Shown here piece by piece: positions 13,276-26,576 of a DNA stretch of 64,000 nucleotides (position 1 is its first letter; each line of letters begins with the position of its first letter). Both the position numbers and the translations under genes were made by a program. Under the pieces are notes generated by a model that worked only from the letters and a program-made list of their open reading frames with translations, made no database searches and was not told where the DNA came from. The DNA comes from Felis catus (Eukaryota), in contig NC_058368.1 of assembly GCF_018350175.1 (NCBI RefSeq), forward strand, positions 196,108,001 to 196,172,000, written 5' to 3'.

Positions 13276-14316
13276 ATTAATTAGGATACTTTAAGTCTCA
13301 GGCTAAATTCCATCTCTTGCGGGGCTTCCCCTTGACCCCTGATCCAGACCAGGCTTGCGGGACTACATGTCTCACCCCCTCTTCATCACCCTTGTAGTTA
13401 CTTGTCCTCTGCCCATCTCTCCCCCTAGAGTGTGAGCTCTGTGTGGGCAGGCCTTTGTTGGTCTCACGCCCCTCAGAGCCCCACCACCCTGCACAGTATC
13501 AGACGTGGGGTAGGCAGCCCACACAGAGTCACTAACCAAACAGATGAGCTGAAATTCAGTAGACGCAGGACCAAATAGAGAGACTGTCTACCTATGAAAA
13601 TTTCATCAACGGCACTTTATTCATTTATTTATTTGACATTTTTAGTACCTCTCCTATAGTCTTCCTCATGCCATCCTTATGGGGGAGGACAGGAGAGGAG
13701 GGACACAGAGACGAGCAAGACAGATATGGCCCCTGCCCCTGAGGAATGCATAGTCCACCGCAGAGAGGACGAGTACATGCCTCGGAAGATACAATGCAGG
13801 GTAACCATGTGGTTACACTGGCCTGTAACAATCTTGTTTTGCGGCAGGTCTTTGGAACAATGAAAGTGAAAAGTAACTGAAAGCAGACACAGTTGCCAGA
13901 ATCCCCAGTTCCTAGCAAGGTTGTCTTTAGAGCATTCAGGCTCTAAATGTCCTAAGGGCATTCAGGCCACCTCCTCTTTTTCTGTCTGGAGACCTCCTAT
14001 TCAGTCTTCAAGGCCCCTTAAGCAACACCTCCTCCGGGAAGTCATCTTGCCTCTGCCAAGGCTCTTTAAGGGCCCCAGTCATGGCTCTAGTGAGTTTTCT
14101 CGGACTACAGGGGGATTTGTCAAGGACAATCCAAATTTCATGTCATTTGCTTCTTTAAAAAAATACAAGGTGATTCAATGAATGTGTAACTACATGTGAT
14201 TTCATGTTTGGACTTCAGGGGAGGCAGAAAATAGCCTCTGTCAGGCCACGTGACCTGATTTGTGGTTTGGAGAATACAGTCACCGTAATTACAACACTGA
14301 CCACATGGTGTAACAG

Positions 14317-14320
<4 letters not shown>

Positions 14321-14384
<64 letters not shown>

Positions 14385-14420
14385 TGCACGCACTTGCACG
14401 CACGCACACACACACATACA
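14321..14420. repeat. Compound (CT)n(CA)n microsatellite
   Basis: Direct reading. Confidence 0.95.
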
Positions 14421-15443
14421 TTGAGTGCTTCCTGGCAGATCTTGATATCTCTCAAATAAATAAAGGAAAAAATCTGTGAAATGGGCAGATTATCCATGCT
14501 TCAGATGGACAATGGATATAGAATGTTCTGGGAACCAACCAAAGACTGTCTGTCTGAGATGGGATATAGGAGCAATTAACAGCACTTAATTAATTACTTG
14601 CCCTGGTGCGTGCCACCCACTTTCTGTTTGTTACTCAGCAACCCAGACAGCATGAAGCTCAGAGAGGCGAAGCACCTTCCCCAAGGTCACCCAGACAGGA
14701 GTAGCTGAGGAGAGTTCAAATCCAGGTCCATCCAACTAAAGGACTGTGTTCTTGTCACTCTTCACCCCACCTGGTGCCGAGGGGCCATGAGCCCCCACAC
14801 TGTCCAAGCCCACCTAGGTTCTGTGCTCCCTTCCCTCACTGCCGGGGGGGGGGGGGCTTTCTTACTCCTCCCTGTTGTACACCCACTTTCACTGATGCTG
14901 CAACTGGTTTCCAAAGCAGTTCCATCTCTGGGGCCAGTTTCCTGTTTTGGGCAGAGACTGAAGATCCATATCGCCCCTTCCCCAGACTGTCCCTCACTCT
15001 CAGGAGCCGCCGCTGGCCGCTGGCTCACCCAGCACAATCCCTTTCCAGGGCAGCACTTCTCCTTTGTTTTGGAAAGCATTTTCTCATTCTGGAAACCGAG
15101 TGCTGGGCACCACATAGCAGTCCTGAGAGGTAGACACAGTGGAGATTTTTCACTCCCCTTTTGCAGATGAGAAAGTGGAGATGTGGCTAACCTGTAGGAG
15201 GTCCCCATGGCTGGCAAAGGAGCGGGGCTGAGGCCAAACGTGATCTTTGGGCCACCTGCCTGCTTTCTTCTTGTGGACCCTGTGGACCCATAGAACAGCT
15301 AGAATGGGAAAGGAGGGAAAGGAGGGTGAACATCTTCACAATGTGGAAGAGGTAAAGGGTTCTGCAAACAAATGTAAATTGCTTAATTTCTTTTTTTTCT
15401 GTGTTCATTGTGATGTACCAATTACAACCTGGTGAAAGAAAAA

Positions 15444-15448
15444 ACACG

Positions 15449-15496
<48 letters not shown>
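15444..15496. repeat. (CG)5(CA)20 alternating purine-pyrimidine tract
   Basis: Direct reading. Confidence 0.95.
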
Positions 15497-15500
<4 letters not shown>

Positions 15501-15828
15501 GTCTCTAAATGATGTTACTGCAAGAGCTCAAAGTCGCCTGAGGGCAGGGCAGGGTCCAGGGTTGAGTTGAAGCCTGGCAAGTGGAGTGGAAGGCTCAGCC
15601 GTCAGGGTGGCAGGTGCCAAGGGCCCGGAGGGACTGTTCTTTCCCAAACCTCTTGGCTGCAGCTGCCGGCTGCTGGTCAGAGGTACTCTGCCTGGCCTTG
15701 CCCCTTCCCCCAGGCCATTTCTCATCCATTCCTCCACTGTCTGGCCTCCTCATTCTTCAATCCTCTTCAATTGATCCCCTGGAGCTAAATACTTTTAACA
15801 TCACTCAATCAAAAGATTACACTAATCA

Positions 15829-16037
15829 GGGGCGCCTGGGTGGCTCCAGTCGGTTAAGCAGCTGACTTTGGCTTAGGTCATGATCTCACGGTTCAGGAGT
15901 TCAAGCCCCGTGTCAGGCTCTGTGCTGACACCTGGGAGCCTGGATCCTGCTTTGGATTCTGAGTCTCCCTCTCTCTCTGTCCCTCCCCTGCTCATGCTCT
16001 CTCTCCCTCTCTCTCTCTCACACAAACATTTTTTAAA
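15829..16037 (+). mobile_element. Feline SINE
   Basis: TSD aagattacactaatca on both sides. Confidence 0.92.
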
Positions 16038-17961
16038 CAAGATTACACTAATCAAAGTTGGGGGGGGGCATTTCTCTGTAAGATTTCCAACAATTATCCT
16101 AGTTCATTCTCATCACCCCCCACCCTGGGGGTGGGGTTAAGCATTATAATGCCCATTCTTTAGCTAAAGAAACTGAGACTCCGGGCCCCAGTAGAAGTCC
16201 ACCCCCCCCCCACCCCACACATACCCCCCACATAAAGCTGGGAGGGATGGTCTAGGTCTAGGTTACCTGGTCTGGAGGCTGCTGTCCCGTTTTCCTTGGT
16301 CCCCACCATTTCATACACATGCCCAGTCCACTTCATCATTCGCATTATGGGCCCCCTTGGCATCTTAGTTTATTTCCTGAACTAGTCCTAATCTGCCTCC
16401 TTCCAGAAATGGAGAAACTGAGGTCCAGGGAGGGGCAGAGCCCTGCCCCCATCACCTCTGATGTAGCACAGCCAGGACGACCTGGGAGGGCCCTGCCAGG
16501 CAGCCGTCCCCAGTGCCCCGCTGCACACGGAGCAGAAGCTGAGGAAGTGGCACTAACTAGCCGGGCAAGGATGCCCAGGACCAAGTGTTGACATCATTCC
16601 TGGGCCCTTGAGGATGTGCCAGCACGGGGAGCGGGGCAGAGCTGACCTGGTGGGAAGCTGGCTCCGTGACAGGCATGATGGTCTGGAGCTATCTGCTCCA
16701 ACAGGCACGGAAGTTTTATCATTCCGAGGCCCCTCTTCACAGGGACCTGCCTGGGCTGGGTCTGTCCTGAGATGGTGCGGGGCTGGGGGAGGGAAGAGTG
16801 AGGGACCCTTTGGAACTCTTTGGAGTTCCCTCTCTCTCTAGCATACACTCCCATCCCCAGAGGCTAACCCACAGGTTGCCCTCAGCCAGCTGCCCACCCT
16901 CACAGCCCTCCCACCACTGACCCCTCTACTCCAGGCAGCCTGGGCCCCTCAGGACCTGAGCACAAACATCCTTTCTGCCCAGGATTCCCTCACCTCCATC
17001 TCTTCACAATTCCCATTCCCCACCCCTTCCTTCAAGTCCCACCTCCTACAGGAAGCCTTCCCTGACTGACCTCTGGTCTTCCGCCTCTGAATTGCTGGGG
17101 CCCTCTGAGTCATTGCCACTTAGTCCTGCCTTGGAATTCCTGATTCGGTTGGGGAAAAGGCCTCTTCCTTCTTCCTCTCAGAGTCTCACTTTTCAAGCAG
17201 ATCTGGGGCACTCTAAATGGATCCCCTGATTCCTGTGCCACACCACGCCCCAGTACCCATGGTCACCCACCCCCCATCTTCCTGGAGCTGAAAACAGGGC
17301 AGAGTCAAGACCATGAGGTACAGGCAGTTATCCAGATGGACAGACAGGATAATCTACAAATTAGAAGCTGGAAGGACTCCCCCCCACCTCTGTTATTGGG
17401 ACCGCAGGAACAGTTCTGAGGGATGGGGAAGCAGAGAGGGTCATCTGGACCTGAAGGTCCCTGCTTGGGGCGGTCCTTGAAGCCCATCTTTAGGAACAGT
17501 TGTCAAAGTAGTCCCTGCAGCCTGTAGGCCAACAGCCTGGGAAGGGGAGGGACAGGACCCAGAGTCCTTACCTTTCATGGGGAGGAGGATGCAGACTTGT
17601 CTGGAAGGCCCTGGAAGGTGCTCTGGGAACCAATCTCAAAGATCAAAAAAGCTGCAGGGGGTAGATCCCACCCAACATGGAGAAACTAATCATTCGAGGA
17701 GCCCAGCAGCCTTGGCCCCAGGGCGCTTTCTGCCAGGTGATGGGAAGGGGTGGGCAGAAACTCATCAGCACTGGTCAGGGTTGAATAGAAGGGTCCCTAC
17801 TCTGGGTGGGAGAAAGACCAGGAGTCTTGTCCAATTCTTCTAGGCTAGGCTCTGAGAGTTAGTGTCTAAGATTCAAATAAGCGATGTAAAGATCTGGAAA
17901 TCTGGTTCTAGAATTCTATCACTTTAAGGTTCTGAAATGCCACAATTTCATGAGTCTGAGA

Positions 17962-18185
17962 TTTTTTAAAAAATTTTTTTAATTTTTTTTTTTTTGAGAG
18001 ACAGAGACAGAGACAGAACGTGAGCAGGGGAGAGGCAGGGAGAGAGGGAGACACAGAATCTGAAGCAGACTCCAGGCTCTGAGCTGTCAGCACAGAGCCT
18101 GACATGGGGCTCAAACCCACCAACCGGGAGATCATGACCTGAGCCAAAGTCAGACGCTTAACTTACTGAGCCACCCAGGCGCCCC
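17962..18185 (-). mobile_element. Feline SINE
   Basis: TSD tcatga(g/a)tctgagattttt. Confidence 0.92.
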
Positions 18186-18231
18186 TCATGAATCTGAGAT
18201 TTTTAAATATTATGATTCTTAGGTTCTGGAA

Positions 18232-18547
18232 CAGTTCTGTCCATTAGAAATATAATGCGAGCCACAAATCAAATTTAAAATTTTCTAGTAGCCACATTTA
18301 AAAAAATACAAAGAAACAAGTGGACTTAATTTTAGTAATACATCATATGAACTCAATATACCCAAACCATTTGCATTTTGACATGCAATTATATAAAGAA
18401 ACTATTAATGAGATGTTTTAAATTCTTTTGTACTAAATCCCAAATCCACCGGTACTTCACACCTACAAGCACATCTCAATTCCGACTGGCCATATTTCAA
18501 GTGCTCACTAGCCACACGTGGCCAGCGGCTACAGTGTTGGACAGCAG
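18232..18547. mobile_element. MER33-like hAT-Charlie element
   Basis: ctgtccattagaaatataatgcgagccac ... tagccacacgtggccagcggctacagtgttggacag; TIR-like ends ctgtcca / tggacag. Confidence 0.75.
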
Positions 18548-21500
18548 TTTAGAGATCTAAAATCTATGCCTCGTTTTTCTACAACTCTAGGAGGTGGTGC
18601 CTCAGAGATTCTAGAATTCGGCACCATACTCTGGTTCTGTAATGTTATAATGGTGATTCCACCAGATTAAAACGCTTCCCTGAGTCTACCCCAAGTCTGT
18701 TTCTGGATTAAGGCTCCCGCCCCACCCCGATGTCTTTTGTGCGGAAAGAAATCCAGGCCCCTGCAGAGTCCCAGGGGGGGTGGAGGGCAAGGAGCCCTCC
18801 CCTCAGCTGCCCCCTCCATCTGGCCCAGCCAGCGGAAGAGGGGTGGGCGTGCCCATGTGCCCAGGGTGCTGGCCTGCCTGTGTGGAGCTGCCGCACCAGC
18901 CATCCCTCCAGCTCATCATCTCTCCATCCATGCGCACAAGCCTGGAAGTGAGACTCCTGCCTTTGAATCTTCCTGGGGAGGGGGCGTGCCCCTGCCTCCC
19001 TCCCTTGGTTTCTGTCCACCCCAGAGAGAGCATCTGGGGACTGCTGCCGCAGACGGAGCTGGGAAGTGTGGTTAAAACCCCAGATGGGGTCCGCCGTGGG
19101 TGGAACTGGTCTCCATTTGCTGGAGCCTGAAGCCTGGAGCCCCGGAGGAGGGCAGAAGTCAGAAACCTGCCATCTGGGGCTGGAAGACCCGGGAGGGCTC
19201 TCTGAGGTCATGTGATGTATCCCTTGAGTTGTGCAGATGAGGAAACTGAGGCTGGAGAGCAGAAAGGGTTTCCCAATCGAGGCATAAGTGTTGTGCTCCG
19301 CCAGAAGGATGCCTTCTGGTTAACCACAGGGTCCCTCTTCCTACTCCCAAATTCCCCCTCCTGTCTCCGCCTGCGGGGAAAGTGAAGGCACAAACCCGGC
19401 ATGGCGAGACATCGGGAAAGCTGCGGGAAGGCCCCACAGGTGTTTCCTCCAGGTGAATGGCTTCTTGGCTCATGCCAGGCTCAGAGACCCCCGGACTCCA
19501 ACCTTGCCCCCAGGCTCTCGGGTCCTTCAGAGGGTCTGGGGAATGGGGACTTAGGTACAGGCGGGAGTCTGGGCAAGGCAGAAGCTGGAGCTGGACAGTG
19601 AGGGGCTTGGTCAACATCGATCTGCCCCCACTCTTCCCTCCACTTCAAAGTGGTTGTGCAGCCACGGTCCCACTTTATGCTCCCGAGAGTGCAAGAGGAA
19701 AGGTGGACAGGAGTTGCCAATAGCACTTAAACTCCCAGCCCAAATGCCATGCAGAGAGCCTGCTGCCGGAGCTTTGTGACTATTCCGTTTTCTACAGGTG
19801 GGGAAACTGAGGCCCAAAGAGCCGCTATGACCTGTCTCAGGTAACAGAGCCAGAGGGAGTCCCTGGGGGAATGATTGGTTCCACACGCATCCCGGGAGCC
19901 TCCCACCTTGCTCCACTCCCAAGCACCCAGACGCTCTGCAGCTGAAGAGACAAACATCAGGAGTCACCCGCAGCCACATTTTCCATGGGCTGCTTTCCAG
20001 TCTGGGTTTCCCCTCTGAGGAAAGCCCCAAGGTTGTTCTGCATGGTCAGGAGAACCAGAGAGGAAATGACAAAGATCCTGCTACAGAGGGCAACAGAACA
20101 CAGCCCAACCTTTGGCCTCTAGGGATGTGGCTGTGCCGAAGTGGGGGCAGGGGCCAGGTGTTGAGGGGAAGGGCAGCAGGAAGGTAGACCCGGAATCTAG
20201 ATTTGGAAAAGCACACGTTTTGGAGGCAGGCGGACCTGGGTTTGAGTCCCAGCGCTGCCACTGAGTTGCTGCATGCTTTTGTGTCTGTGACTTCACCCAG
20301 ACTCCCTCTGCTGTTAGCTGGCTAATGCCCATCTCCGGGGTAGTGGGAATCTGCCCAGAGTCAGTGCTGAATAAATGTGAGTTCTCGCTCAAATGCCCTT
20401 CCAGGAACCAAGCAGTCCTGGGGTCCCCCATCTGCCACCCTTTGCTGCCATAAATATGCTCCATAAATACTTACTGAGTAAATGAATGAATGAATGATTA
20501 TTGTCAACCAAAACTATAGCAAAATATAGAGGAGGGCTAGTCTATCAGGACATCTGACAGACCGTCACAGCGTGCTGAGTGGTCTCGTCTTTTAAGGAAT
20601 ATAATAACAGCAAATGTTGTGAAAGCACTCACTGTCTGTCAGGCTTTGCTAAGAACCTTAGAGTGTTTAGTTTTCCCAGCGGCACTCAGAAGGAGTAACG
20701 TGTTCTAGATGAGGAAACTGAGGCACAGAGAGGCTAAATAGTCCTGAGGTCACATTGCTGGTTGTGGCCGTTCCTAGGCATGGATCCAGAGCTCACAGAC
20801 TTCACTCAGGGATGACAGAGGGCCCTTTCGCTCTCTCTTCCGGGTTCCCCTGGCCAGATCTCCTCTAGGGGGGAGGGGCTCCCCTTCCCAGGCTGGTGCT
20901 GCTGCTGCTTAGGGATCCCCATGAGTTTTGGAGGCACCTGCCAATCAGCTGCTGGGAGTGTCCGTGAGAGAGAAGTGGGGGTCTTTCCACGCCAACCCTG
21001 TCCCCTGGGACCCTTGGTCAGAGACTAATTCTCATAGCTTTCTGGCTGCTTGCTGACCCGAGGGAGGCAGGAAGCAAGGCCACCAGGGATTTGGGCTCTG
21101 GCTCCTTTGTCCTCCCTCAGCTCATCCTCTCCCTCCCCTGCTGCAGTTTCTGGACCTTCCTCTTCCTTGCCCAAAAGCAGACCTTGAACTTGAGGTTCGC
21201 TCTCAGGGCAGACTTTCCAGCAAGGGCGCAAAATAACTCAGGGCTGGAATCCAGGAACTAGGTTCAATGCGCTGCAATAACCCAAGGGTCCTTTTCTCTC
21301 CAGGTGGGCAGATTTATAGAAAACCTGCCCCCAAATGGTCAGGAGTGTGCCAACAGCTCATGTGCACACATATCAGTTTACAGAGAAGCTTCAGTGATCA
21401 TGCGGTTTCATCCAGACCACCCCGGTTAGAAATGTGTTAGATTGCTATCACTCCAATTTAAGAGAAGAGGAAACCGAGGCCCAGGAGGGTTAAATGCTGG

Positions 21501-22234
21501 TTCATGATTATGCAGACATTTAGAGGCAGAAGCGAATGTTTACCCAAGGCTCCAGAGATTGTATGATAATGATAACTATTGTTGCAAATATTTACCAAGC
21601 TCTGGCTCGGCCAGGAGTTCTTCTCTTACCTCATTTAATCCCCTCAACAAATTTAAGTGGTGACCCCCATTTTGTAGATGCAGAAACTGAGGTTCAGAGG
21701 AGCAAATCACCTACCCAAAGTTCAGTTATTTACATCCACTAGACAGAGTCAGATTAGAGCTCAAGTCTGTCTGGCTCCAAAGTCTCAAATCATACAGGCG
21801 AGACAGACCTACCTCCGCCTGGGGTGAAGGAGTCCCCCTGTTTCCCAAAGTGGGGCCTGGGATGAGCCTGGCCTCACTCCCTGCATGGTGCTGCTTCAGG
21901 CCTGGTACACACAGGTTCTGGAAGCCCCTCAGGCAACAAGCCCTGGGAAATGTAGCAGGGGCCGCAGGACTTTGGGGCGTGTTGGTTGGGGCCACATCTT
22001 CATGTGAGCCCTCCACACATAACAGCAGCCCCTGGTCTAAGCTAACGTGGCCTGAATGTGACAGTCACTGATCAGCTCACACATGTGTGCACGTGGCTTC
22101 CTTCCTTCCCTCCTTCCCTTCTTCCTTCCTTCCTCCCTTCCCTCCCTCCTTCTTTCCTTCCTTCACCAAACACCAGCCCAGTGGCCCTCGTATTTTTTAC
22201 ACAGACATTCACTTCTTTTGCCGACCTTCCCAGC

Positions 22235-22650
22235 CAAGAATAGTTACATACTTTGTGGAGTCCAGTACAAAATCAAGATGCAGAACCCCTTGTTCAAAAA
22301 TTAAGAATTTCAGGGAGCGCCTGGGTGGCTCAGTCGGCTGAGCACCTGACTCTTGATTTGGGCTCAGGTCATGATCTCATGGTTCATGAGTTCGAGCCCT
22401 GCTTGGGGCTCCACGCTGATAGTGTGGAGCCTGCTTGGGATTCTCTCTCTCTCCCTAGCTCTCGGCCCGTCCCCCACCCCGGCTACCCCCTCCCCCCACT
22501 CTCTATCAAAATATAAATAAACTTAAAGAACATAAAGTTTACCGGTGTCTTTCTAAAAAATTAAGAATTTCAAGACAGTGAGAGCAGAGCACCCTAGTAG
22601 GTGTGGGGCTGGTGTGCATGCACGGGGTGGGGGAGGGCACGGCCATGCAC
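22235..22650. mobile_element. MER91-like hAT-Tip100 fossil split by a SINE
   Basis: ccagtacaaaatcaagatgcagaaccccttgttcaaaaattaagaatttca[SINE]agacagtgagagcagagca. Confidence 0.6.
22313..22555 (+). mobile_element. Carnivore SINE
   Basis: Perfect TSD aaaaattaagaatttca at 22296-22312 and 22556-22572. Confidence 0.92.
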
Positions 22651-23701
22651 CAGCTCATCTTGCCCCTTCTCCATCTAGCTCTCCCCTCCCGTCACAGGGC
22701 CCCCTTACCCTCCTTTCTCATCCTCCAACATTCTAAGCTTTTTCCCACCTCAGGGCCTTTGTAAAGGCTGTCCTCCCTGCAGACCATTTTCCCATCATTC
22801 AGGTCTCCAGCCAAACGCCACCTCCTCGGGGAGGCCTCCCTGGTCCCCCAGTCTAAAGTGGTCCCCCACATGACTCTGTATCATAGCTGCTAATTATCCC
22901 TACTTAATGTGCACCTCAGTCTGTGACCTCGCGTGTACCTCTCAGTTTGCTGTTTATTTATTATCCGTCCTCCCCGCTTGGATGTTGGTTCCAAGGGCAG
23001 GGCCCGAGTCTGTCTTGCTCAGCATCGAATCCCTGGGGCCCAACCCAATGCTTGGCACCCAGTAGGTGTTCGATAACCATTTGTGAAACAGCGAATGAAT
23101 GAATGAATGAATGGACATAAACACCCTAATACACACCCACACCCACATGTTTTCCTGCCCTCCTTCTGCAACCCAGAAAGGGGTGCTCCCCCAATATACT
23201 GGTGCCCCAGACATCCCAACACAAGGATCTGCCGAGACCCAGACCCATCTGCAGGATGCTGAGGCCTCAAAACAAGGACACACAGAAGTGGCAAGGCATG
23301 AGAGATGGAGACAGAGGAAGGAGAGAAGAGGTAGACAAAGAGGGGAGAACAAGTTAAACTTGGTGATAATCCCGTGTCTTCTCTTTATTAGTGAAACTAA
23401 TAATTACTATTAATACCTGGCCCCTCCCTGGCCCTTTCATCCAGGCTGGTGGGGAAGTTTTGAAGATGAAAGTCAAGGTGGAGGGGGGGGGCGCCTCTCG
23501 GATGCAGTTTCCAGGGCTTCACAACCATTAATTAAGCTTGGCGGCCCCCTCCAATTACCCCTCTCCCCCCCCCCCCCCACCATGCGGTACCACCTGATTC
23601 AATGTCTTTCCAGGTGGGAAGCTAGCTGAACAGCCCCGAAGTTGGGGAGGAGGGACTGTCAGCAGAGAGCCAGTCATGAGGGAGGTGCCAGAAAGAGGAA
23701 C

Positions 23702-23824
23702 CTCACACCAGGTGGCACTGAAACTCAGGAACCCTGCCCCCAGCTAGAATTACAGCCTGTCCCTGGGGCTGGCCTCCCTGCCCCCACCCGGGGTCTTGTC
23801 TCCGGGGCCTACCAGATGGCAGTG
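23702..23824 (+). promoter_or_regulatory. Two tandem CTCF-like motifs (23702-23720; 23806-23824)
   Basis: ACACCAGGTGGCAC and CTACCAGATGGCAG, each 13/14 to the core consensus, in the same orientation. Confidence 0.45.
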
Positions 23825-24191
23825 GGGGAAGTGCCACTGAGAAGGAGAATCTAACCAGACAAAGAGACAGAGTCAGCATCTCCAGCTTGTCCCCAGAGTC
23901 CCAGGGCCACCCAGGCTCGGTCTCTGACACCCTCAGAGGCCGTTCCGTTCTTCCACCTCCCTCAAAGAGGCCTCCCCTTTCCGGCAGCCAGGCTCCCCTG
24001 CCCACCTGCAGTGATGGGGCCCTTGCTACCCTCCATCACCGAGCCACCTGGACTGTGGGCTGTGTGACCTCCCCCAATCCCTTGATATGAGTACAGTCTA
24101 GAGGCTCCTCAAGTTACACCAGCAGCCCCGGCCTGTCCAGTGAGCCTCTGTCTACTGGGATGTCCAAAAGTGACAGGGCCAGAGTGAGCTG

Positions 24192-24261
24192 TTTTTTTTT
24201 TTTTTGAAGTCCATTTATTTTGAGAGAGAGAGAGAGACAGAGACAGCATGAATGGGGGAGG

Positions 24262-24295
<34 letters not shown>

Positions 24296-24421
24296 CCCAA
24301 GCAGGCCCCACACTATCAGCGTGGAGCCCCAAGCAGGGCTCGAACTCATGAACCGTGAGATCATGACCTGAGCTGAAATCAAGAGTCCAGTGCTTAACTG
24401 ACGGAGCCACCGAGCTGCCCT
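24192..24421 (-). mobile_element. Carnivore SINE
   Basis: Antisense SINE body with (GA)n; flanked by gtgagct. Confidence 0.9.
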
Positions 24422-25383
24422 CGGGGTGAGCTTTGAAATACACAAATCAGAACGTGCAATGCCCTGCTTATAGCTCCTCACTGCCTTCCCAAGGCACCCT
24501 CCTTACCCGGGCTCACCAGGCTCCTGGATTCCTGGATGATCTTACTTCTTTCCCCCTCTTCACTTGCCCCCTCCTCCATGCAGTCCTTCACGCTCTTTTC
24601 TGCCTTGGCAGCTCTTGGACTAGCTATTTCCTCTAGCTGTGCCTTCTTACCCTTTAGGTCTCTTCCTCAGAGTCCGGTCCCCACCCCCTTCAAGAGAAGG
24701 ACCCCACCCTTCTGGCCTTGTTGGGTCTGCCTGTTTCCTTCACAGCACTTACGACAATCCGTAACGATAAAGTCGTCGGCCAGTTTATTCGTATGTCGTC
24801 TGGCCGTCTCCCCTGCTAGATTGTGCCTTCCGGTCTATGCTATATCCATTGCCTTATTGTTCACCAATGCCTAGCACAGTGCCTGGCACATGGCAGCACT
24901 CAAGGAGTGTGCTGAATGGATAAATGGCCCAGAATCCATATCCTGGTATCACTAACCCATTGGGCTTTGCTCTCCCCTTCAGACTGACCCAGAGCAGGTC
25001 CTTTGAAAGCCAGTCCTGCAGCGTGGCAAGGTGCAGAGCCTGAGATCCAGATCTGGGGGGCCCGGTGGTAACCTCTATCCACTTACTCCACTCTGAACCA
25101 CCCCAGTGACCTTGGGCACATCCCTGACCTTCTCTAGCCTCGGCTTCCCACTCTAGACACTGAGGACAAAAATCCGAGCCTCTGGTGGTATGCTGAGCAC
25201 GAAGGGAGAATGTATGCCAAGGCCACATCACAACCATGTCCCAGGTGGATGTCCTGACTGAAGTGCAGATTTACACACACAGACTCACACTCACACTCCC
25301 CAATCAACTTCTGGGCTCAGAAACTGCAGAGCCCTTCCCTAACACAACAGCATCCCCCTGTCCTTCCTCCCAGTGTGGAGATC

Positions 25384-25402
25384 AGGCGCCACCTAGTGGG
25401 AA
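25384..25402 (-). promoter_or_regulatory. CTCF motif
   Basis: Minus strand TTCCCACTAGGTGGCGCCT; the core matches CCASYAGRKGGCRS at 14/14. Confidence 0.6.
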
Positions 25403-26380
25403 ACCTAGGAGGGAGCTGGTACTCTTAGCCCCTCTGTTTCACTCAGGGTGGGGGCAGCAGCTCCCTGGGACCTCCCCCACCCCAACCTTGATCTCCCTCC
25501 CTGGGCAGCGCTGGGCCTAGGAGCAAACACAGGGGCTGCCCATCCAGGCACTTAGCCTCTCAGCCCCCAGCCCTGGAGCTCACTTCCCACCATGCCCTCC
25601 GCTCCAGCCACACGGGACTTCACAGAACTTCACAAATGATCCTGAGTGATCCACATTCTCTACGGACTCAAGACCTTCCCACGGGCTAACTTCTCAGCCT
25701 GGAAATTCTCCCCAACCCTCTTCTCCCTGTCCTGGCTGATCCCTACTCCCACTCTGGGCATCTACTTGAGTGGCACCTGCCCAGAGGCCCCTGACCAAGC
25801 TGAACCTGCCCTCTGTAGCCCCCACGGACACCCCATGTGCCCTGCTCCACATACTCCATGATTTTTGCCTGTATTCCTCCTTCAACAAAATGCTTCCTTC
25901 CGCATGGTAAGTGCTGAGAGGATCCAGCGCCCATGCATTCAGACTGAGGGTGAGTCCTGTGAGCATCAGAAGCAGGCAGGTCACAGCCGATGGAGGATGG
26001 AAACTGAGAGTTTCCAGGAAGGACACAGGTACTGCTTTGGGCTGGGCCCCACCTCCAAGGCCTGGTGCCCACGGGGCTAGGAGGCTGTGGGTCTGTGGTG
26101 AACTATCTCTTCCTGTTTGGGCCACAGATTCTTATTCCCACCCTTCCCTTGCTCCCTTTTGCAAAACTAGCCTCCCAGGGGAGCAGAGGATGGAATCCAT
26201 GAGGAAATTAAAGTATGAACAGTTGCTAAGCATAGGAAGTATGGGGCATTCCAGGCTGGGCTTGAGCGCCCAGCAAAGGGCTGGGTTTGGGTTTCTCAGG
26301 CCAATGCCCTGCTCTTTGTTTACCTACTCAACAGATACTTAGAAAACACCTGGATCTGAGATTTAAAATAGCTGGGTTCT

Positions 26381-26523
26381 TTGGAGCGCCTGGAGCGATT
26401 TGGAGCGACTCAGCCGGTTGAACGTCCAACTCTTGATTTTAGCTCAGGTCATGATCCCAGGGTTGTGGGATCGAGCCCCGTGGCATGCTTTGGGCTGAAT
26501 GCTGAACATGGGGCCTGCTTGGG

Positions 26524-26576
<53 letters not shown>

